Below are positions 37,025 to 47,459 of a stretch of 64,000 bases of DNA, one piece after another. The DNA is from an uncultured Pseudomonadota bacterium. GTDB taxonomy: Bacteria; Myxococcota_A; Polyangia; Fen-1088. Under the pieces are notes generated by a model, which was not told the DNA's origin, did not search any database, and saw only the letters and a list, made by a program, of their open reading frames with translations. Each line of letters begins with the position of its first letter. The stretch's first letter is position 1. The stretch spans positions 32,001 to 96,000 of the forward strand of contig CAWKBC010000035.1 of the NCBI GenBank assembly GCA_963847705.1, written 5' to 3'. Made by a program: the position numbers and the translations under genes.

Positions 37025-37504
37025 CTAGGGCAGTTCATCGAAATGTGCTCCGAGCCTCGTTCGGTTCCGATTTCGATATGAGACGGACCAGATCTGAAGT
37101 TCAGAAGTTGTCACGACGAGGTAGATCGTGGAGACCGCTCGTCCTGAATCAAGATGAGCGATCGCAAGGTCTGGTAGCCCGACACGGCTCATTACGATCG
37201 ACGTTCGAAGATATCTATCGTCGAGACGGAGAACGCTTTCTTGGTCCGATAGCTGAATCGCTTTGCGTCGCTCTTCGATGATCTTGGGACCGAAGGGCTC
37301 CCATGGCATTACCCTGACTAGCCCCGGGGCATCTAGAACGAGCAGGCAGGTGCAGTTTTCGGTCGTCTCGGCCCAAGGCAACAAAGACAGGATTCGGGCG
37401 GGGAGGGTAAATCTGCCTCGGCTGTCTACCGGCCGAACCTCGATGGCACCACCCGCCCCGTCTGCTTGATCAAGAGCCCAGGCCGGGGGTCGTCCCGTCT
37501 TCAT
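37025..37504 (-). CDS. MraZ/AbrB-like DNA-binding protein
   Basis: VDSRGRFTLP and a second degenerate SRVGLP repeat. Confidence 0.55.
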   Translation of the reverse strand: MKTGRPPAWALDQADGAGGAIEVRPVDSRGRFTLPARILSLLPWAETTENCTCLLVLDAPGLVRVMPWEPFGPKIIEERRKAIQLSDQESVLRLDDRYLRTSIVMSRVGLPDLAIAHLDSGRAVSTIYLVVTTSELQIWSVSYRNRNRTRLGAHFDELP

Positions 37505-37698
37505 GGGCGTGATTGGGTAAAAGTATTTGTGAGCATGGATGCTGTATCATCCTGAAAAACTTGACTGAACGGATTGACAGCTCAGATCGAGTCGATAGAA
37601 TTGGGAACAAGTAGTAGGTCACAAGGAAGAGCGGGAGGTCAACCGATGCCGCATCACAGCAGGGTCGCCGCACACCCAGCACGGCTATCTTTCTAGCT

Positions 37699-38505
37699 GT
37701 GACTCGCCCCGTAGACCTGCCGGACTTCGACGCGCCACCGGTGATCGAGGTGGTCATTGGGGTGCAGTTCCCGACGATCGACCAGTTGTCTTCGGCGCAC
37801 GTAGGAGCGTTCTGGCAACGCGTTCGAGCCACCTATCCACGTCTGCAGGACGCGCCGCCACTTCCAGCCGTCTACGAGACTCCACCTTCGTCCGCGGCAG
37901 GGCTGGAGGTCTCGCTACTTCCCCTTCGACGTACCTTCTTCATCAGTTCCGATGGAGCCTGGCTTGCACAGCTTCAAGGGAACCGTCTCCTTCACAATTG
38001 GCGGAAGCAATCGGACACCGACTCGTACCCTCGATACGAGTCATGCTTCGATCGCTTCCGGACCGTGTGGAACGAGTTCCGGTACTTCTTGCGGGAGGAG
38101 GGCATCCCAACGCCGATTGCCGATCAGCTCGAGCTCACATACGTGAACCACATTCCGTTCGGTAAACCGATGAGTTCCCTCGCAGACATCGGCGATGTCT
38201 TCCCAGACATAAAATGGCGATCATCTCGGTCGTTCCTGCCGTCGCCTACAGGTCTGCGTTGGAGCTTGAATTTTGAGCTCCCTAACAAGACTGGCAAGCT
38301 GCACGTGGATGTGAAGACGGCCACACGGGCCGCTGATAACGTACCCTTGCTGGTCTGCGAGCTCACGACGCGCGGTGCACCGGCCGATTCTGACGATGAC
38401 ACCCTGGTTGATTGGTTCGGCCAGGGTCGAGAGTGGATCGTAAAGGGATTCGCCGATCTCACCGGCCAGACCGTTCAAAAAGACGTGTGGCGGAGGGTGA
38501 CATGA
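37699..38505 (+). CDS. TIGR04255-like protein
   Basis: PDFDAPPVIEVVIGVQF, NWRK..YPRY, LTYVNHI. Confidence 0.7.
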   Translation: MTRPVDLPDFDAPPVIEVVIGVQFPTIDQLSSAHVGAFWQRVRATYPRLQDAPPLPAVYETPPSSAAGLEVSLLPLRRTFFISSDGAWLAQLQGNRLLHNWRKQSDTDSYPRYESCFDRFRTVWNEFRYFLREEGIPTPIADQLELTYVNHIPFGKPMSSLADIGDVFPDIKWRSSRSFLPSPTGLRWSLNFELPNKTGKLHVDVKTATRAADNVPLLVCELTTRGAPADSDDDTLVDWFGQGREWIVKGFADLTGQTVQKDVWRRVT

Positions 38506-39218
38506 CAACCGCGCTATTGGACGAGTGGCCTCTTGCTCCGGTGGTTCGCCGGCAGGTCGGCGATCCGAAGGGTCCTCAGACCCTGGAATGCGCTTATCTA
38601 GTCTCCGGGGTGGTCGACCCGGGCTCGACGATGTCTGGCGCGACCCTTGACTGTAGGCGAGAGCTCGTGGGGCAGGTGGCCTCCGGAAGCGCCGCGATGG
38701 GTTTGACGATCGCGCGCGAGATCGTCAAGCATCTGTTCGTTGAGGCGGATCCTCTAAGGGCACTTGTTGTTGGATCTCTGACAACTGTTGTAGCCGAACG
38801 GATCGGCCAGGCGACTACCTCGCTCGTTGGTACTCGAATTCGAAAAGTGATTGGTCCAATTCAGACGCCGTACGTCGACGACGTAGGAGTGACGTGTCTG
38901 AGGAACATAACGGGATCTATGGGCCGGATACGGAACTGGGCAGATCGCGTGGAGTATGCCGTTAGCGACGGAGGCAGATCTTGGTATGTAGACCATGAAC
39001 CTTTGTCGGTAGCCGATCCTGCAAGAGCCAATTCTCTGAACGACTCTAAAGCTAACGCGAGCTGGCTCAAGGAGAACTCCGCGAGCTTTCGGGGACAATG
39101 GATCGCGCTCAAAGAGGGCAACCTCCTCGGAGCCGATCCGAGCAGGCTGGAACTTACTCGCAAGCTCCGAGCTGCAAAGAACTTGGCTGGAGCCTTTCTC
39201 GTCTCACTGAAGAATTGA
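38502..39218 (+). CDS. Hypothetical protein with C-terminal DUF5678-like domain
   Basis: WLKEN...FRGQWIAL..G.LL; ATGA overlap with the upstream gene. Confidence 0.55.
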   Translation: MTTALLDEWPLAPVVRRQVGDPKGPQTLECAYLVSGVVDPGSTMSGATLDCRRELVGQVASGSAAMGLTIAREIVKHLFVEADPLRALVVGSLTTVVAERIGQATTSLVGTRIRKVIGPIQTPYVDDVGVTCLRNITGSMGRIRNWADRVEYAVSDGGRSWYVDHEPLSVADPARANSLNDSKANASWLKENSASFRGQWIALKEGNLLGADPSRLELTRKLRAAKNLAGAFLVSLKN

Positions 39219-39219
39219 C

Positions 39220-39687
39220 GTGCTGTTTCGGCGTGGTGTTCCTCGCGGAGACACGAGGTGGAGTACGGGATCGGCTCTTGCCTACGTAGATGACATGACG
39301 TCCAACGCCAGGCTCATTGTCGGTGTCAAGTGTCAGATCGCTGCTCTTGAGTACTATGAGAAAGCCCTTCTGGACACCGCATGTTATTGGTCGGTCCTCA
39401 GCTCTGGGCTGGCCGACGATCTGACTGATACGATCGGCCCTGCGTCCGAGAGCATCTCCATGGACACAAGGCACGGCAAGTTTTCTGGAGGCCTTCACCG
39501 TATCCCAATTCGACTAGTCGCCGACGACGGCGACCATCTGGATGTGGAAGCCACCGTCGCGATCCTGACCGGATGGGACGGTCCAACCGTATTGGGCTTT
39601 CATGGATTCATCGAGCGAATTCGGTTCGCGTTCGATCCAGGCTACGAAGCCGGAGAGGACCCGTTAGTGTTTTTTGGAAAGCCGTGA
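39220..39687 (+). CDS. Retropepsin-like aspartyl protease
   Basis: ALLDTA catalytic motif, C-terminal VLG..GF.ERIRF.FD. Confidence 0.65.
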   Translation: MLFRRGVPRGDTRWSTGSALAYVDDMTSNARLIVGVKCQIAALEYYEKALLDTACYWSVLSSGLADDLTDTIGPASESISMDTRHGKFSGGLHRIPIRLVADDGDHLDVEATVAILTGWDGPTVLGFHGFIERIRFAFDPGYEAGEDPLVFFGKP

Positions 39688-39728
39688 CTCTGGCTGCTGG
39701 TCCTCGCCGACGCCTCCAGCGGCGCGAG

Positions 39729-42700
39729 TCACGACTTCCTCCGGGCGGTAGGCACCCTACTCGCTGAACCCTTCCCAGCCTTCCTCGTCGTTGCAGCCTT
39801 CTTACTCGTCACCTTATTCTTCGTCGCAGCCTTCGTGCTCGTGGCCTTCGTCAACCGCGGCTTTAGAGCTCCCTCGGTGAGCACCACACGCCAAGCATTG
39901 GACTGCTCTCGCTGGAGAACCACGAGCCACTTGGGTGGTGGCGAGGGATAGGGCCGTAGCTCCCGTTCGCCGAACGCGAACCATACGGTGGCGCGCTCGC
40001 CCACATACGTTCGAAGCAGGTCTTCTCGAACGTATAGGATATCGCCCTCAAGTCCGTCGACGCCCCGGAGTGTGATCGTGGCCCTCGTCCCATCCGGGAG
40101 GAACTGGTCGAACACCTGCGGCGCGCCGCGCAGGTCGAACCGTGAGGAGAAGGAGCGTGACGGCACACGTGCGTTGCCCGCATGGTTCATTTCGCTGTGG
40201 TAGCTCTCCCACGCGTAGTCGTGAGCGAGGACCTCGACTTCTACTTTGCCCCCTCCAACACGAACGCTCTCCAGGTAGGCACGCTCGGGACCCGCGTCCG
40301 CTCGCGCCCCGACAGCGAAACTCCGAAGCCACGGAATTTCGCCAGCGAATGCGTAGTCGTCACTAGGAACTTCGCGGGCCACCCATGGCCGCTCCCCCGC
40401 ATTGAGGGCGGCAACTAAAGCCGGCACACCCTGCTTGGGCGTCACCAGTGCGGACAGGAACGCCCGTACCTCGCGCCCGAGCACCCTGTCGGAAGCTTTG
40501 AGGAAGGCGTGGACGGCGATCCACGGTCCGTGATGTTCGCCGATCTTCTTTCGAACGATGAGCTTCTGAGGCACTTCGGTGCGGCTTCCGCGAGCCCAAC
40601 GCTCGTGGCTCTCGACACTCGGCGTGAGCCATGCCTGCGGAACCGTCGGCTCCCCGTCCACTACTGGTCGCTCAGGGAACGAGGGATCGATATCGACGTC
40701 GGAAAGCCGTCTGCCATCGGGCAGGAGTCCCTGTGCCTCGAGCATACCGGCGTAGGTGAAGAAACCAATCCAGCCGTACTTCTTGCCGTAACGTTCGGCT
40801 CGAGGGCGAAGCCCACGTCCTTCGGCGCGGAAGGCATCCTCTGCGATATTGCGGTCCAAGGTTTCGAATGCCGAGGCTCTCCACCCGAGCGACCACACAA
40901 CTCCGCAAACATGGGCGATGGCCGCTTGGTGTCCCTGATGATTCATGTCGTAGTTGCCCCGGTCGTCGAAGAGGCGCCCGAGAGTGTAGTTCTCGAAGTC
41001 CATGTGGAGGGTGCGTCCAACCTCTTCCGCACGTGTGTCGCCTGCCGGGACCGCGGCGACTTGCGACGCTGCGGCGAAGGACCACTGGCCAAGCAGGCTG
41101 TCGGGAACGAGCGCGTGGTAGAACTTCGTTGCGAACGCGATAATGCCGCGGACATAGAGGCGCGCGAGGTAGTGATTGGTCGGCGTCGTCGCCGCGGAGC
41201 CCGCCAATGCGCGCGTGAGCTGGTTCAGAAACTCTTTCAGGGGTACCCCGAAGTCGGTGTCTTCCCGCTGGTGGCTCATCACGACGCCATACGATGCCGC
41301 GAGCATGCGCTCGCTAACGTAGGCGTCGTTCACTGCGAGCGAGTCGACGGTCAGCTCGAAGAGTCCTTCTGGATCCCCTCGACCGAACCAATAGAGCGAG
41401 CGAGTCGCTTGATCGCGGAGGCGCCGGACCGTGCTCGTGAGCGTCCACACGACCCAACCAGCGCGAAGCCGATCGCCGAAGCCTCTGCCCCCTTTTCGCC
41501 AGCGCTGCTCCAAAAACTCGAGGTCGCGCAACATTTCTTCGTGGTTCCTTCGAAGCCACTCCGTCCAGCGCAAGTCCCGGTCCGCGACGCCCATCGGCTG
41601 GAGCACCCGATCCAGCGCCTCGGCATTCAGCGGATGACTCGCGGCCCCACGCATCTCCCAGAGCTTCTCAAGGATCCCGGCGTCTCCTTCGCGTACGAGA
41701 TTGAGGAGCGCATCGACAGTTGCGGCGTCCAGGTAGGCCGCCTCGAGCCCTGCAGCGGATCGCAAGGCCTGAGAGCGCAGCGGCTCCCCGACCAACTGCC
41801 AGAGCTGCTTGGCGTGGAAGCGCCGAGGGATCTGCCCAACCAACGAGTACACGACATCGTCGGCGAGCGGGTGCCGGTCCTCGTGGCCTCCGGTCAGCAG
41901 GGTCGTTGTAGGCGCCTCGCGGATCCAGGTTTCGAAGCCAATCTGACCGTGCTTCGAGAGCAGCGCGTTGGCGATGATGTGCCCTCCTAGCCGGTCGTAC
42001 ACAGGAACATACGCGCCGTTTCCGTTGGAGGGCATGCGCAACAGGATCCCCTCGTGCTCAAGCGCACGCACGAGGCTTTGATCCCACGGGCGTCTTTCGT
42101 CACCAAGCGCACGGCGCAGTTCGTCGATGTCGAGAGAGCGGGTCCGCTTGTCCCAGAGAGTGCTGGCAACAACACCTAGGGCAGCACGAACATCGTGCGC
42201 GTAGTACCGCTGCGTGCTGGGGGCCAACTCTGCCACTCGGTCGGCCACCTGATCGAGGTAGCGGTCGAAGAGCGCAGTCAACGATCCCGGCATCGCGTCG
42301 ATCCCGACTACCTTCGCTCTGGCCGGGTTCGTCACCTCGCAAAACAGTCTCAAGGTCAGTGGATGCTTAAGGAATTGCAGAGGGATCGAAGCATCGGTCG
42401 CCTCGATCTTGTAAAAGCGAAAGTGCTCGCGGATTGCTTCGATCGTTTCGGATCCGTAGCCTTCAATCTCCACGCGCCGAGTCCCGTCGGGCAGCGCCTC
42501 TGCTGCAAACTCTGGCCGCAATGTGCAGACCACAAGGACGTAGGGGTACTTCGCCAGCATGCTCTCCAGCGCGGCGATCAGCGGCTTCCATGCTCGCGGG
42601 TCTTCTGATTCGTTGAGCCCGTCGATGACCACCGGCAACCGGTGCCGCGCGCGCTGCCCCGCCGCGTCCACGGCCGCGAGCAGGGACTCCATGCTGGGGA

Positions 42701-43835
42701 CGGGATGAGCCGCGATCGACACCCGTCGCGCTAGGTCATCGATCGTGTGGTTCGCGTGAAGGTCGCGACCGTGAAGCAGCACGCCATGAGGGCGCGCGCC
42801 GGTGCTTACTGTAAGCTGCGCTGCAAGGTGGGTCTTGCCACACCCGGCCGGTGCAACGACCGCGACGACGCGCGAGGAGAATGCAGCCTCAGCATCGGCA
42901 ATCAATCGCAGTGACCCACGGCAGCCTGCTACCGCGTTCGTCACGTATAGACTGGCCGGATGGTTTCCAGAACGTAGCCTTCGAGGGACGGTGGTGACGT
43001 CTGGAGTAAGCGTCTGCGGTTGTGAGGAGAGCTCGTCGCGAAGCAGGTCCAGATCACCATCGCGGATCCCGTCGGCGATTCGCTCGAGCGCATCAGCAGT
43101 TTGCCTTGCCGTCTCGACAACGCCCGCCACTAGAAGCGCAAGAGGCGCGGGCACCTTTGGCGCCCCCTCCACGGCCTGGACCTGCGAATGCAAATCCACA
43201 TTCAGCTCGCGGAGCGCGTCCCACGACTCGGACTCTCCGAGCATGCGACGTAACTGGCGTTCTGCGTAGAGGACATGATGAACCTCAGGCCGCCATCTCG
43301 GTCGAATAGGGGCGACCGCCTGCTCATGCCGTTCGCGTAGGATCTCCGGCGTCACCACCAGCTCGCCGAAATAGGTGCTTCGAAGAACGAGCGCTTGACC
43401 CGTGAGGTAGTTGTCGATCTCGTCGCTGGTCCAGAGATGCAGCGTCATCTTGTGCGAGAGGCCGTTGAACCACTTCTGGTCCGCGCTGGTCAGCGTACGG
43501 CGCGTCCACAGAACCCAGTCCGTGACTCCGGGGACATGGGCCTCCGTTTTGTAGATCCCCTCCTCGATCTTGGCTCTTCTGGTCGACCCTAGTTCGCCAC
43601 TGGCGGGGAGGTCGTACCACTTGCACTGCCACCCCCACCAACGCCCTGGATCTCCAAGAGCACCACAGCGTCGTTCGAGCCTCAGATGGAATTCGACCCC
43701 CGGCTGATTCGCGAGGGCCCGAAGCACACCGAGACGTCCGAAGTTCTCGCGAACCACGCCCCGGCAAAGCAGCTCGAAGTTCTTCTCGGCGCTCCCTGGC
43801 AGCTTGGCGAAGGCGTCCCAGTTCAGTGCGGGCAT
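39729..43835 (-). CDS. Large STAND/NACHT NTPase with N-terminal nuclease-like domain, Avs2-like (1368 aa)
   Basis: GVEF...WQCKWY; Walker A APAGCGKT, Walker B VVIDGLNE; NDAYVSERMLAASYG and ERYGKKYGWI motifs; GGAG RBS. Confidence 0.72.
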   Translation of the reverse strand: MPALNWDAFAKLPGSAEKNFELLCRGVVRENFGRLGVLRALANQPGVEFHLRLERRCGALGDPGRWWGWQCKWYDLPASGELGSTRRAKIEEGIYKTEAHVPGVTDWVLWTRRTLTSADQKWFNGLSHKMTLHLWTSDEIDNYLTGQALVLRSTYFGELVVTPEILRERHEQAVAPIRPRWRPEVHHVLYAERQLRRMLGESESWDALRELNVDLHSQVQAVEGAPKVPAPLALLVAGVVETARQTADALERIADGIRDGDLDLLRDELSSQPQTLTPDVTTVPRRLRSGNHPASLYVTNAVAGCRGSLRLIADAEAAFSSRVVAVVAPAGCGKTHLAAQLTVSTGARPHGVLLHGRDLHANHTIDDLARRVSIAAHPVPSMESLLAAVDAAGQRARHRLPVVIDGLNESEDPRAWKPLIAALESMLAKYPYVLVVCTLRPEFAAEALPDGTRRVEIEGYGSETIEAIREHFRFYKIEATDASIPLQFLKHPLTLRLFCEVTNPARAKVVGIDAMPGSLTALFDRYLDQVADRVAELAPSTQRYYAHDVRAALGVVASTLWDKRTRSLDIDELRRALGDERRPWDQSLVRALEHEGILLRMPSNGNGAYVPVYDRLGGHIIANALLSKHGQIGFETWIREAPTTTLLTGGHEDRHPLADDVVYSLVGQIPRRFHAKQLWQLVGEPLRSQALRSAAGLEAAYLDAATVDALLNLVREGDAGILEKLWEMRGAASHPLNAEALDRVLQPMGVADRDLRWTEWLRRNHEEMLRDLEFLEQRWRKGGRGFGDRLRAGWVVWTLTSTVRRLRDQATRSLYWFGRGDPEGLFELTVDSLAVNDAYVSERMLAASYGVVMSHQREDTDFGVPLKEFLNQLTRALAGSAATTPTNHYLARLYVRGIIAFATKFYHALVPDSLLGQWSFAAASQVAAVPAGDTRAEEVGRTLHMDFENYTLGRLFDDRGNYDMNHQGHQAAIAHVCGVVWSLGWRASAFETLDRNIAEDAFRAEGRGLRPRAERYGKKYGWIGFFTYAGMLEAQGLLPDGRRLSDVDIDPSFPERPVVDGEPTVPQAWLTPSVESHERWARGSRTEVPQKLIVRKKIGEHHGPWIAVHAFLKASDRVLGREVRAFLSALVTPKQGVPALVAALNAGERPWVAREVPSDDYAFAGEIPWLRSFAVGARADAGPERAYLESVRVGGGKVEVEVLAHDYAWESYHSEMNHAGNARVPSRSFSSRFDLRGAPQVFDQFLPDGTRATITLRGVDGLEGDILYVREDLLRTYVGERATVWFAFGERELRPYPSPPPKWLVVLQREQSNAWRVVLTEGALKPRLTKATSTKAATKNKVTSKKAATTRKAGKGSASRVPTARRKS

Positions 43836-43851
43836 AGCGACTCCGACATGG

Positions 43852-44262
43852 TCACCGCCCCCGACCGTGACCGGTACCTGGATGGTCGTGCGCGGAGTAC
43901 ACCTCGATGCGCGCACCGCGATGGAACATGACCTTCAAGAAGGCCGAGATGTCGAGTTCCTCCGTCGTCACAACGACGTCGCTTCCTTCAACCTTCACGC
44001 TGACCTCGTAGGCGAACTGTTCGAGCTCCTGCGGTCCGATCGAGCCGATGTTCAGGCGCCCGAAAAGGTCGAGCATCTCCTTGCCAAAGCGTTCGGATGG
44101 ACTCCCGATGACCAACGATCCCTTGTCCTGGTCTTCCGCGACCTGCTTCGAGATCGCGTCGATGATCTCTTTTGCCTTGGTGGCCTCGGTCGCATCCTCG
44201 AAATGGCCGATCATCACCAGGTTCGCGGAGTGCTCAGAGCCGTGCTGGTACCAGATCTTCAT
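43852..44262 (-). CDS. DUF6375-like protein
   Basis: MKIW..HGSEHS.NLVMIGHF N-terminus, EVYSAHD C-terminus. Confidence 0.65.
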   Translation of the reverse strand: MKIWYQHGSEHSANLVMIGHFEDATEATKAKEIIDAISKQVAEDQDKGSLVIGSPSERFGKEMLDLFGRLNIGSIGPQELEQFAYEVSVKVEGSDVVVTTEELDISAFLKVMFHRGARIEVYSAHDHPGTGHGRGR

Positions 44263-45203
44263 GGGTCGTTCTCCCCGAGGGCGTGAGCGAGGCGGTCGAG
44301 GGCGCTCAGCACGCCGTCGGCGCCAATCGGCACGCCGGTTGAGTGGTAGGAGGTCGGCTTGAGGACACCTGCCGCGTCGATGTGAGCGTAGGCACGAAGC
44401 CCACGCTCCTCGGGCAGCGGGTCACAGGTCGGGAAGCCGTCGGCGTTCGCCTCGTTGATAGAGAGCTTCAGTGGACCGCCATACGCTTCAACCCAGCGTC
44501 GAAGCTCCTGCAAAGTCTGGCCACTGATCCCAGGCTGCCCGCGGACTGGCGCCTGAGGCAAGAGCAAGAACTCGCAGGCGCCGAGGTCGGCAGCCACCGC
44601 GGCGGCCTCATCGAGGTCGGGCAGCGTGAGTTCATTCACGACGATGTTGATGCCAAACTGAGAGATCGAGCGGACCAGCTTTATGCGGGCTTGAAGCTCG
44701 CGGAAGGAGCGTCGTCGAATCGCCTCGTAGGTCGCTCCTACTCCATCCATGCTTACGCGGATGAAATGAATACCGCCCCGCAGCGCTTCGGCGAGGGCTT
44801 CGTCGATGTGGTGCCCGTGCGTCGTGAACGACACGGAGAGGCGTGTTTCGCGCGCAGCGTATTGGCACAGCTCCACGAAGTCGGTGTGGAGCGTCGGCTC
44901 ACCTCCGCCGAAGCCCACTCCGAGCGCGCCGTTCGCATCAAGCTCGGAGAGCCACCGTGTGACAAAGTGGCGGCGAAGCCCGTCGCGGGACTTGGGGGCG
45001 TAGCAGTGCGCACACGCGAGATCGCACCGGTTCGTGAGGGCGATCGAGACTTGGCGAGGTGCTCGGGACCAAAGCGACGCTGGAGCGGGGATCTCGTTTA
45101 GCAGGACATTCAGGCCGGTACTGCGGTCGAACAGATGGAGGCCCGCTGGCGAGCAGCGCTGCTTCCACTGCCGCTTGAGATCCTCGAGCGACGCGTCGGA
45201 CAT
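44259..45203 (-). CDS. Radical SAM protein
   Basis: LTNRCDLACAHCY (CxxxCxxC), GGGEP, TTHG, RVSMDG. Confidence 0.88.
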   Translation of the reverse strand: MSDASLEDLKRQWKQRCSPAGLHLFDRSTGLNVLLNEIPAPASLWSRAPRQVSIALTNRCDLACAHCYAPKSRDGLRRHFVTRWLSELDANGALGVGFGGGEPTLHTDFVELCQYAARETRLSVSFTTHGHHIDEALAEALRGGIHFIRVSMDGVGATYEAIRRRSFRELQARIKLVRSISQFGINIVVNELTLPDLDEAAAVAADLGACEFLLLPQAPVRGQPGISGQTLQELRRWVEAYGGPLKLSINEANADGFPTCDPLPEERGLRAYAHIDAAGVLKPTSYHSTGVPIGADGVLSALDRLAHALGENDP

Positions 45204-45241
45204 CGAGTCGAGGATGCGGCTCCTGCCTGAGCGACGTCAAG

Positions 45242-46804
45242 CTACGGCCCGCTATCGCGGGTCCGCTGATGCTGGCGCCGTCGAAGTTGATCTGGAAGCC
45301 ATTGAAGTGGCTCCCAGGTCCCCAAGGCTCTCGATCCGGCGTCAGCGATACTGTAGAGCCGGTCGCCGACCCTACCCGGTAGAGTCACGATAGCGCGCGC
45401 CGTGGAGGGGATCCGCCGGCGCCCGCGTGGTGGATCCTGCGCGCGGATCGTCCACCGCTTCGGTGCCTTCGCGCGTCCTACAACCTCGTCAGGTAACGGG
45501 CCAATCCATAGCCACCGGTCTCGGGCATCAAGGTCCACGAGTCGCTTCCATTGCCGTTGGGGGAGATCCAGGATCCGTTCGACGGGATCTTCATAGTGGC
45601 GACCGAAGGTAAGCACGTTAAGAGTATCCTCGGTGCCCGATGGAACTAGGACGAGAAAGATGGGCGACATGACGTTCTGAGCGCCGTCCGGGTGCGTGGC
45701 GTGAACGAGAAATTGCAGCTCGTAGGCGCCCGGCAAGGTGTCTTCATCCAGTTCAATTCGCAGAATCGTCATCGTGTTGCCGGGGAGAGACACGACCTTT
45801 CCGCCCAGAACATCTGTCTCACCGGACGCAAGCGTCGAGGGTCTATAGGTCAGCTTCTCAGGTTCGAAGAGTCCCTTGGCCTTCGTCTGGACAAGAAGGC
45901 GCAAACGCCCAAGGTCAGCGCGCGCGATGGTGCGACACCGAAGCTGCCTGACGATGACGTCTTTGCGTCCGCGGTTTCCAAGAAGGACGTCGAGCTTGAA
46001 TTCTAAGCTCGTAAATGACTTGACCAGTGCCCCACCCTCCGGCTTGTAGAACGCAAATTGGCGTGGCGGGTTTTGCGTATGGATCAGGTCGAACAATAGA
46101 GGTCCACGTGGAAGATAGACGTGCCCCGGAGTCGGCAAGGGCCCGGGATTTTCGGTTAGCCTCAAAGCCCGCAGCGCGAGTGCGCTCGCCGTCACCAGCC
46201 GGAACAGCGTATCTCCCGTCCAGAGTTCGATGGGGAACGAGTAAGGATGCGACTCTAAGAAATGGATAAGATCATTGGCCGGAGGCGAGGTGCTTACGAG
46301 GACAAACCGATCGATCGTAGCCGACGCCGAGTGCCAGATTAGCTTGGGCGCTACGTCGTCCAGCGCAAGTGGCTTGCCCAAGTTCTTGCATTCGATCTTC
46401 CAGATCTCGAACTCGCCCTGGTGGTTCGGAACGCGCGCCCAGATATCGAAGCCGAACTGTGTCCCGGAAAGTTGGCGCCGAACCTCGATAGCGCCGAGGT
46501 CCTTGAGTACGCCCACGGCGACTCTCTCTAGCAAGGGCCCCTTCGCTGCCCCGGAACGAAGACGTTTCTGCACCTGGTCGACGAGCTGTCCCGCCGGATC
46601 CGCCCTTGCCGTTCGTCGAGGCACGATCGAATGATGCCACGAAGCTTGCGCTGATCTGCCATGGCCCATAGGTGCAGCGGGCTCACGCAATTGTGCGCCG
46701 CCCGCGCAGGTAGCTGGATCTCCCGCCAGGTCCCAAAATCGGGCGTCGGCCTGGCGTTGCTCCTCGGCGCGCTTTCGCTGCTCGCGAATTTTCACGACGG
46801 CCAA
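45242..46804 (-). CDS. Protein with restriction-endonuclease-like domain
   Basis: QFGFDI...KIECKN; start uncertain. Confidence 0.6.
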   Translation of the reverse strand: MAVVKIREQRKRAEEQRQADARFWDLAGDPATCAGGAQLREPAAPMGHGRSAQASWHHSIVPRRTARADPAGQLVDQVQKRLRSGAAKGPLLERVAVGVLKDLGAIEVRRQLSGTQFGFDIWARVPNHQGEFEIWKIECKNLGKPLALDDVAPKLIWHSASATIDRFVLVSTSPPANDLIHFLESHPYSFPIELWTGDTLFRLVTASALALRALRLTENPGPLPTPGHVYLPRGPLLFDLIHTQNPPRQFAFYKPEGGALVKSFTSLEFKLDVLLGNRGRKDVIVRQLRCRTIARADLGRLRLLVQTKAKGLFEPEKLTYRPSTLASGETDVLGGKVVSLPGNTMTILRIELDEDTLPGAYELQFLVHATHPDGAQNVMSPIFLVLVPSGTEDTLNVLTFGRHYEDPVERILDLPQRQWKRLVDLDARDRWLWIGPLPDEVVGRAKAPKRWTIRAQDPPRGRRRIPSTARAIVTLPGRVGDRLYSIADAGSRALGTWEPLQWLPDQLRRRQHQRTRDSGP

Positions 46805-46857
46805 CCGGACTCGGGCCGTTCCAAATGCAAGAAGGGCCGAACAGCACTAGAGGTATT

Positions 46858-47139
46858 TCAAAGGACCTCCGAGCCGGCGCAGAAGCTCGAGCTCGCCGTC
46901 CCGACCTTCGAACCGAATGAAGTTCTGTTCGTGCTCGCGGAGCCGGGCCCGAATCTCCAGGCCTGGCGGACTGAACGCGTAGCTGGCCGCTCGCTGCGCG
47001 TAAGCGCCCCCCGGTGCTCGACCTTCTCGCCGTCGCCGCCCGCGCCCGGCCCGGCGATGTAGTCGGCCAGGGCGCGCACGTTTGCCGCCTTGCTCTTGGG
47101 CGCTGCCGTCTGCGAGGTGGCGACCTTCTTGACGATCAC
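46858..47139 (-). pseudogene. Truncated MOBP/TraI-like relaxase (N-terminal fragment only)
   Basis: MIVKKV...KSKAANVRALADYI...EKVE, then similarity is lost; coupled to the mobB-like gene. Confidence 0.65.
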
Positions 47140-47459
47140 GGCGCCGCGCCCTCGCCGCTGGCGAGCCGCCGGATGGCGGCGTGCAGCGCGTTCAGGGCGG
47201 CGGCGGTCTCGCGGCTGTAGGCGCCCCCGCTCTCGACGTGGACCATCTTGAGAAGGCCACCGAGGCGCCGCAGCTCGCGGATCGTGGTCGCGTCGGTACG
47301 CGACACGACGGGCCGCCCGAGCGCCCGCCGCCGCACCAACTCCGCGACGACGATTCCGGCAGCGTCGGCTATCGCCCGAAGCTGCGCCTTCTCGCCGGGC
47401 GCCACGCGCACGTCGAGCCGCTCGGTAAGCCCGGTGGCGCCCTTCTTACCGAACGGCAT
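47136..47459 (-). CDS. Relaxosome RHH accessory protein (MobB/TraJ-like)
   Basis: RLDVRV...A..AG...AELVRRRALG...ELRRLGGLLK. Confidence 0.8.
   Translation of the reverse strand: MPFGKKGATGLTERLDVRVAPGEKAQLRAIADAAGIVVAELVRRRALGRPVVSRTDATTIRELRRLGGLLKMVHVESGGAYSRETAAALNALHAAIRRLASGEGAAP

Noticed and set aside
44259-45203. Radical SAM as maturase of the PRGVLAE peptides
   Set aside because: It is about 30 kb away inside a separately acquired island, has no clear RRE or SPASM domain, and is coupled to DUF6375/STAND genes.
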